Below, one piece after another: positions 36,296-39,099 of a stretch of DNA of 39,099 nucleotides. Within the stretch, counting starts at the first letter, position 1, and each line of letters starts with the position of its first letter. The stretch spans positions 1-39,099 of IMG/VR virus record IMGVR_UViG_3300021437_000049. One strand, given 5' to 3'. Source of the stretch: a virus (lineage: Duplodnaviria > Caudoviricetes). Under the pieces are notes generated by a model. The model made no database searches, was not told where the DNA came from, and saw nothing but the letters and a program-made list of their open reading frames with translations. Made by a program: the position numbers and the translations under genes.

Positions 36296-36637
36296 ATGAG
36301 TGACGAACGTAGGGAGTTTAGTGACAGGCGCGCAGGTCAAAGCGCACTGGAAGTGAAGATCGACATGATCATCGAAGACTCCAAAGAATTGCGCAATGCC
36401 GTGTCTACCCTGGTGCAAGCGGTTTCCCGCCTAGCCGTGGTAGAGGAGCGCCAAACCCAATCCACCGCTACGCAAGAGCGTGTTTTTAGCATCCTTGAAA
36501 AACTGGAGACGAGGGTGTCAAAACTGGAAGAGGTAGCCGTTACAAGCAAGCAGACAAACAACTGGGTGGCGAAAGCTCTGTGGGCCGCAGGGGCTGCTGC
36601 TGTGGGCTACATGGCTAAGAAAGTTGGCCTGTTGTGA
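36296..36637 (+). CDS. Coiled-coil protein with a C-terminal transmembrane segment (holin/XhlA-like)
   Basis: LAVVEERQ..LETRVSKLE..hydrophobic tail. Confidence 0.6.
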   Translation: MSDERREFSDRRAGQSALEVKIDMIIEDSKELRNAVSTLVQAVSRLAVVEERQTQSTATQERVFSILEKLETRVSKLEEVAVTSKQTNNWVAKALWAAGAAAVGYMAKKVGLL

Positions 36638-38394
36638 TAACTACTATTGATGGTTGCGGTCAAGGGTTTAATAACGACTTGACCCCTGAGGAACTGGGCG
36701 GTGGCGTATGGACGCGCGTAAAGAATATGCGCTTTTCCAATGGCTATGCTGAGAGATTCAAAGGCATGTTGCAGGTATTTAACACCCCTGCTGTTGTGCC
36801 TTACTTCATTACTTCTTACGCAACTACGGATAAACGGTATTGGATACACGCAGGCGTTTCTAGTGTGTTTGCTGATGACGGAACGACTAGAACGAATATC
36901 ACGCCTTCCAGCGTACCAACAGGTGCCGTTGATAACCGATATACCGGGGGTACATTAAACGGTGTATTCGTACTGAATAACGGTGTTGATAATCCGTGGT
37001 ACTGGGGAGGTGTTAGCAACATGCAACCGCTACCAGGATGGAACGCAAACTGGAAAGCGGATGTAATCCGGCCATTTAAAAACTTCTTGATTGCACTTGG
37101 TATGACGAAGCCCTACATGGCTTTGACAACTTCAAGTATCACAAGGGTGGGTACTACAGCAACGCTAACTACTTCCAGCGCCCACGGCCTATTAACGGGT
37201 CAACAAGTGGTGATTGCGGGTGCTACGCCTTCACAGTACAACGGAACTTATACGATAACAACAACAGGGATTTCAACGTTTACTTATGTTATGGCAGGTG
37301 ATCCCGGTGGAGTGGCAACCGTTGTGGGTACTTTAACGGGACCTCCAGTCAAATATCCTCACATGATTAAATGGAGCGATATAGCAGTCCCAGGTGCTAT
37401 CCCTTCTTCTTGGGACGAAACTAATCCTGCTTTGGATGCTGGCGAACTGGATTGCGCAGAAACGGCTGATTTGCTTGTTGATGCTATGCCAATGGGTGAT
37501 AGCTTGGTAATCTACAAAGAGCGATCTAGTTTTCAGCTAACGTATGTAGGCGCACCTTATATTTTCAGGCTTCAACGCTTACCCGGTGAATCTGGAATGT
37601 TGGCAAGTGGATGCGGCGTAAACACACCCTATGGGCATGTTGTTTTAACCGCTGGCGACATTGTTTTAAACACTGGTCAGGGTGTAAACTCCATAGCGAA
37701 CGGGTTAGTGCGCGAGTTTGTTTTTAAGAATATTGATTCAACAAATTACAAACGCGCATTTGTCACCGCAAATCCCCAACGGAATGAAGTATGGGTATGT
37801 TTCCCCTACGGCACAAGCCAAACATGTAACAAGGCTGTTGTGTGGAATTGGCTCGATAAATCTTGGGCAATCCGCGATTTGACAAATGTTACATACGGTG
37901 CGTTTGGGCAAATCAATTACGCATCTACTGGGACGACTTGGGGCGGTGCTACAGGAACATGGTCCACTGATGCAGCATCATGGAATGAAAACGACTACTC
38001 TCCTGCTGAAGCCCGTCTAATCACTTGCCACAGTACGCCATACATAGCGTTGGTTGACACTGGTACAAGCGATTTCGGGAGCCTGATTGAGTCCACACTT
38101 GAGAGAACGGGCATATCCCTTGGAGACTTCAACGGAGTGAAAACCGTTCGGGGAATTCGCCCACGAATCGATGGTAATTCAGGCGCACAGGTAAGCATTC
38201 AAATCGGTGCAAGCATGTACCCTGATTCTGGGACTATCTGGCAACCAGCGCAAACATTTACGGTTGGCCAATCCATCAAAGTTGATTCGTTCGCTACTGG
38301 GCGTTACATATCTGTTCGATTCTCCAATGTTGACTATGCACCTTGGCGTATGAAATCGTTTGATATAGATTGGACCCCTGCTGGGGCTTTCTGA
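36634..38394 (+). CDS. Tail hub/nozzle protein (P22 gp10-like beta-propeller)
   Basis: 586 aa; IKWSD, LVIYKE and NEVWVCFP motifs; position before the ejection genes. Confidence 0.78.
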   Translation: MITTIDGCGQGFNNDLTPEELGGGVWTRVKNMRFSNGYAERFKGMLQVFNTPAVVPYFITSYATTDKRYWIHAGVSSVFADDGTTRTNITPSSVPTGAVDNRYTGGTLNGVFVLNNGVDNPWYWGGVSNMQPLPGWNANWKADVIRPFKNFLIALGMTKPYMALTTSSITRVGTTATLTTSSAHGLLTGQQVVIAGATPSQYNGTYTITTTGISTFTYVMAGDPGGVATVVGTLTGPPVKYPHMIKWSDIAVPGAIPSSWDETNPALDAGELDCAETADLLVDAMPMGDSLVIYKERSSFQLTYVGAPYIFRLQRLPGESGMLASGCGVNTPYGHVVLTAGDIVLNTGQGVNSIANGLVREFVFKNIDSTNYKRAFVTANPQRNEVWVCFPYGTSQTCNKAVVWNWLDKSWAIRDLTNVTYGAFGQINYASTGTTWGGATGTWSTDAASWNENDYSPAEARLITCHSTPYIALVDTGTSDFGSLIESTLERTGISLGDFNGVKTVRGIRPRIDGNSGAQVSIQIGASMYPDSGTIWQPAQTFTVGQSIKVDSFATGRYISVRFSNVDYAPWRMKSFDIDWTPAGAF

Positions 38395-38645
38395 TGTCCA
38401 GATATACCCCTGGAAACGTCCCCACTGATGCCGCTTCAATAGCGGTTTTTTTACGCCTTGAGTTAGACAAACTGGCTCAAGCATTGGACACAGCAGATTC
38501 GTTTCTCACCTTGGACACGCTGTACGAAGCACCCAAGAAATACCGCGAAGGAACCATCGTGAAAGCAGATGGAGCCACTTGGAATCCAGGCTCCGGCGCT
38601 GGGGTGTATTGCTACCGCTCTGGTGCGTGGCACTTTTTAGGATAA
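38394..38645 (+). CDS. Small virion/tail protein (allele 2 of 16-267)
   Basis: 79/83 aa identical to allele 1. Confidence 0.8.
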   Translation: MSRYTPGNVPTDAASIAVFLRLELDKLAQALDTADSFLTLDTLYEAPKKYREGTIVKADGATWNPGSGAGVYCYRSGAWHFLG

Positions 38646-38649
38646 GACA

Positions 38650-39099
38650 ATGCCAACCAATGAAGAAATTCAACAGTTTTACCAACAAAACGCAAACAAT
38701 CCCGCAGCTATACAGGACGCGATGCAGAGATATGGGGTGTCCGCTTCACAAGCTGCACAGGCAACGGGCCAGAGTGCAGGAACATTCCAAAACCTTGGAT
38801 TAACTCCAGCGAATGGGTTTTATGGGCGCAACGGTGTTTTATATTCAAACTCACTCCCAAGCGGGGCAACTAGCTTTACCGCTTCAAACGGTCAAACGCT
38901 TACACAAGATCAGGTAAACCAGTGGTATGCCCAAAACGGCAATAACCCAGGCGCCGATATTGCAATGATGGAGCAAATGGGCTTAAAGGGTGGTGACTTG
39001 TACAAGGCAAGGGCACTTGCAGGGCGCGGCGGAACCGAGGGAATGATCTACACCGACCCGGCAGAATATGACGCATACAGGTCATACAGGGGGCAAGTC
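38650..39099 (+). CDS. Ejection protein allele 2, cut by the window end
   Basis: MPTNEEIQQFYQQNANNP.. open to the end; about 129/150 aa identical to the 278 ORF by manual count. Confidence 0.85.
   Translation, partial: MPTNEEIQQFYQQNANNPAAIQDAMQRYGVSASQAAQATGQSAGTFQNLGLTPANGFYGRNGVLYSNSLPSGATSFTASNGQTLTQDQVNQWYAQNGNNPGADIAMMEQMGLKGGDLYKARALAGRGGTEGMIYTDPAEYDAYRSYRGQV

Larger units (their letters stand above)
1..39099. mobile_element. Near-complete temperate phage genome (lambdoid early region, P22-like podovirus morphogenesis), excised/circular form
   Basis: Terminase, portal, scaffold, capsid, tail, ejection, lysis, int, cI/cro, RecT/exo and DnaB all present; no host genes; ends overlap; att core sits internally with arm repeats on both sides. 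Confidence 0.96.
38379..39099 (+). repeat. Terminal redundancy, copy 2 (diverged allele of 1-727)
   Basis: Same two ORFs as 16-267 and 278 onward, with mostly synonymous differences after the first 110 nt. Confidence 0.97.

Noticed and set aside
1-39099. Genome-wide TAG reassignment (genetic code 15)
   Set aside because: Only two internal TAGs; long structural genes have none; TAG ends plausible genes (6930, 16217, 30762, 32505); no suppressor tRNA seen

Overview
The window is essentially one complete, circularly permuted temperate phage genome with a unit length of about 38.4 kb. It has lambdoid early genes and a P22-like podovirus virion module, and the host is probably a betaproteobacterium (inferred from a tRNA-Leu-type att core and CTG-N10-CAG LexA boxes). 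Gene order: DNA-ejection proteins (278-5739); lysis (5839-6930); attP and a truncated integrase (7019-7981); leftward early operon with HAD, DEDDh exonuclease, YqaJ exonuclease and RecT (7982-15216); pL, accessory genes and the cI/cro switch (15230-18636); replication, nin-like genes and terminase (19027-26359); Q-like regulator with pR'/tR'; head (26840-34161); tail (34165-38645). Most notable: (1) a repressor with no autocleavage domain, next to two copies of a LexA-boxed promoter, one firing antisense into cI, and a second duplicated TGACC-N4-GGTCA operator-like site; (2) terminal redundancy that is identical for 110 nt and then switches to a diverged allele; (3) a C2H2 zinc finger in frame with RecT; (4) a capsid-decoration paralogue fused to a lectin-like domain; (5) signs of decay, namely an integrase deletion and two in-frame TAG codons. 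All product calls come from motif recognition by eye; no database search was run.
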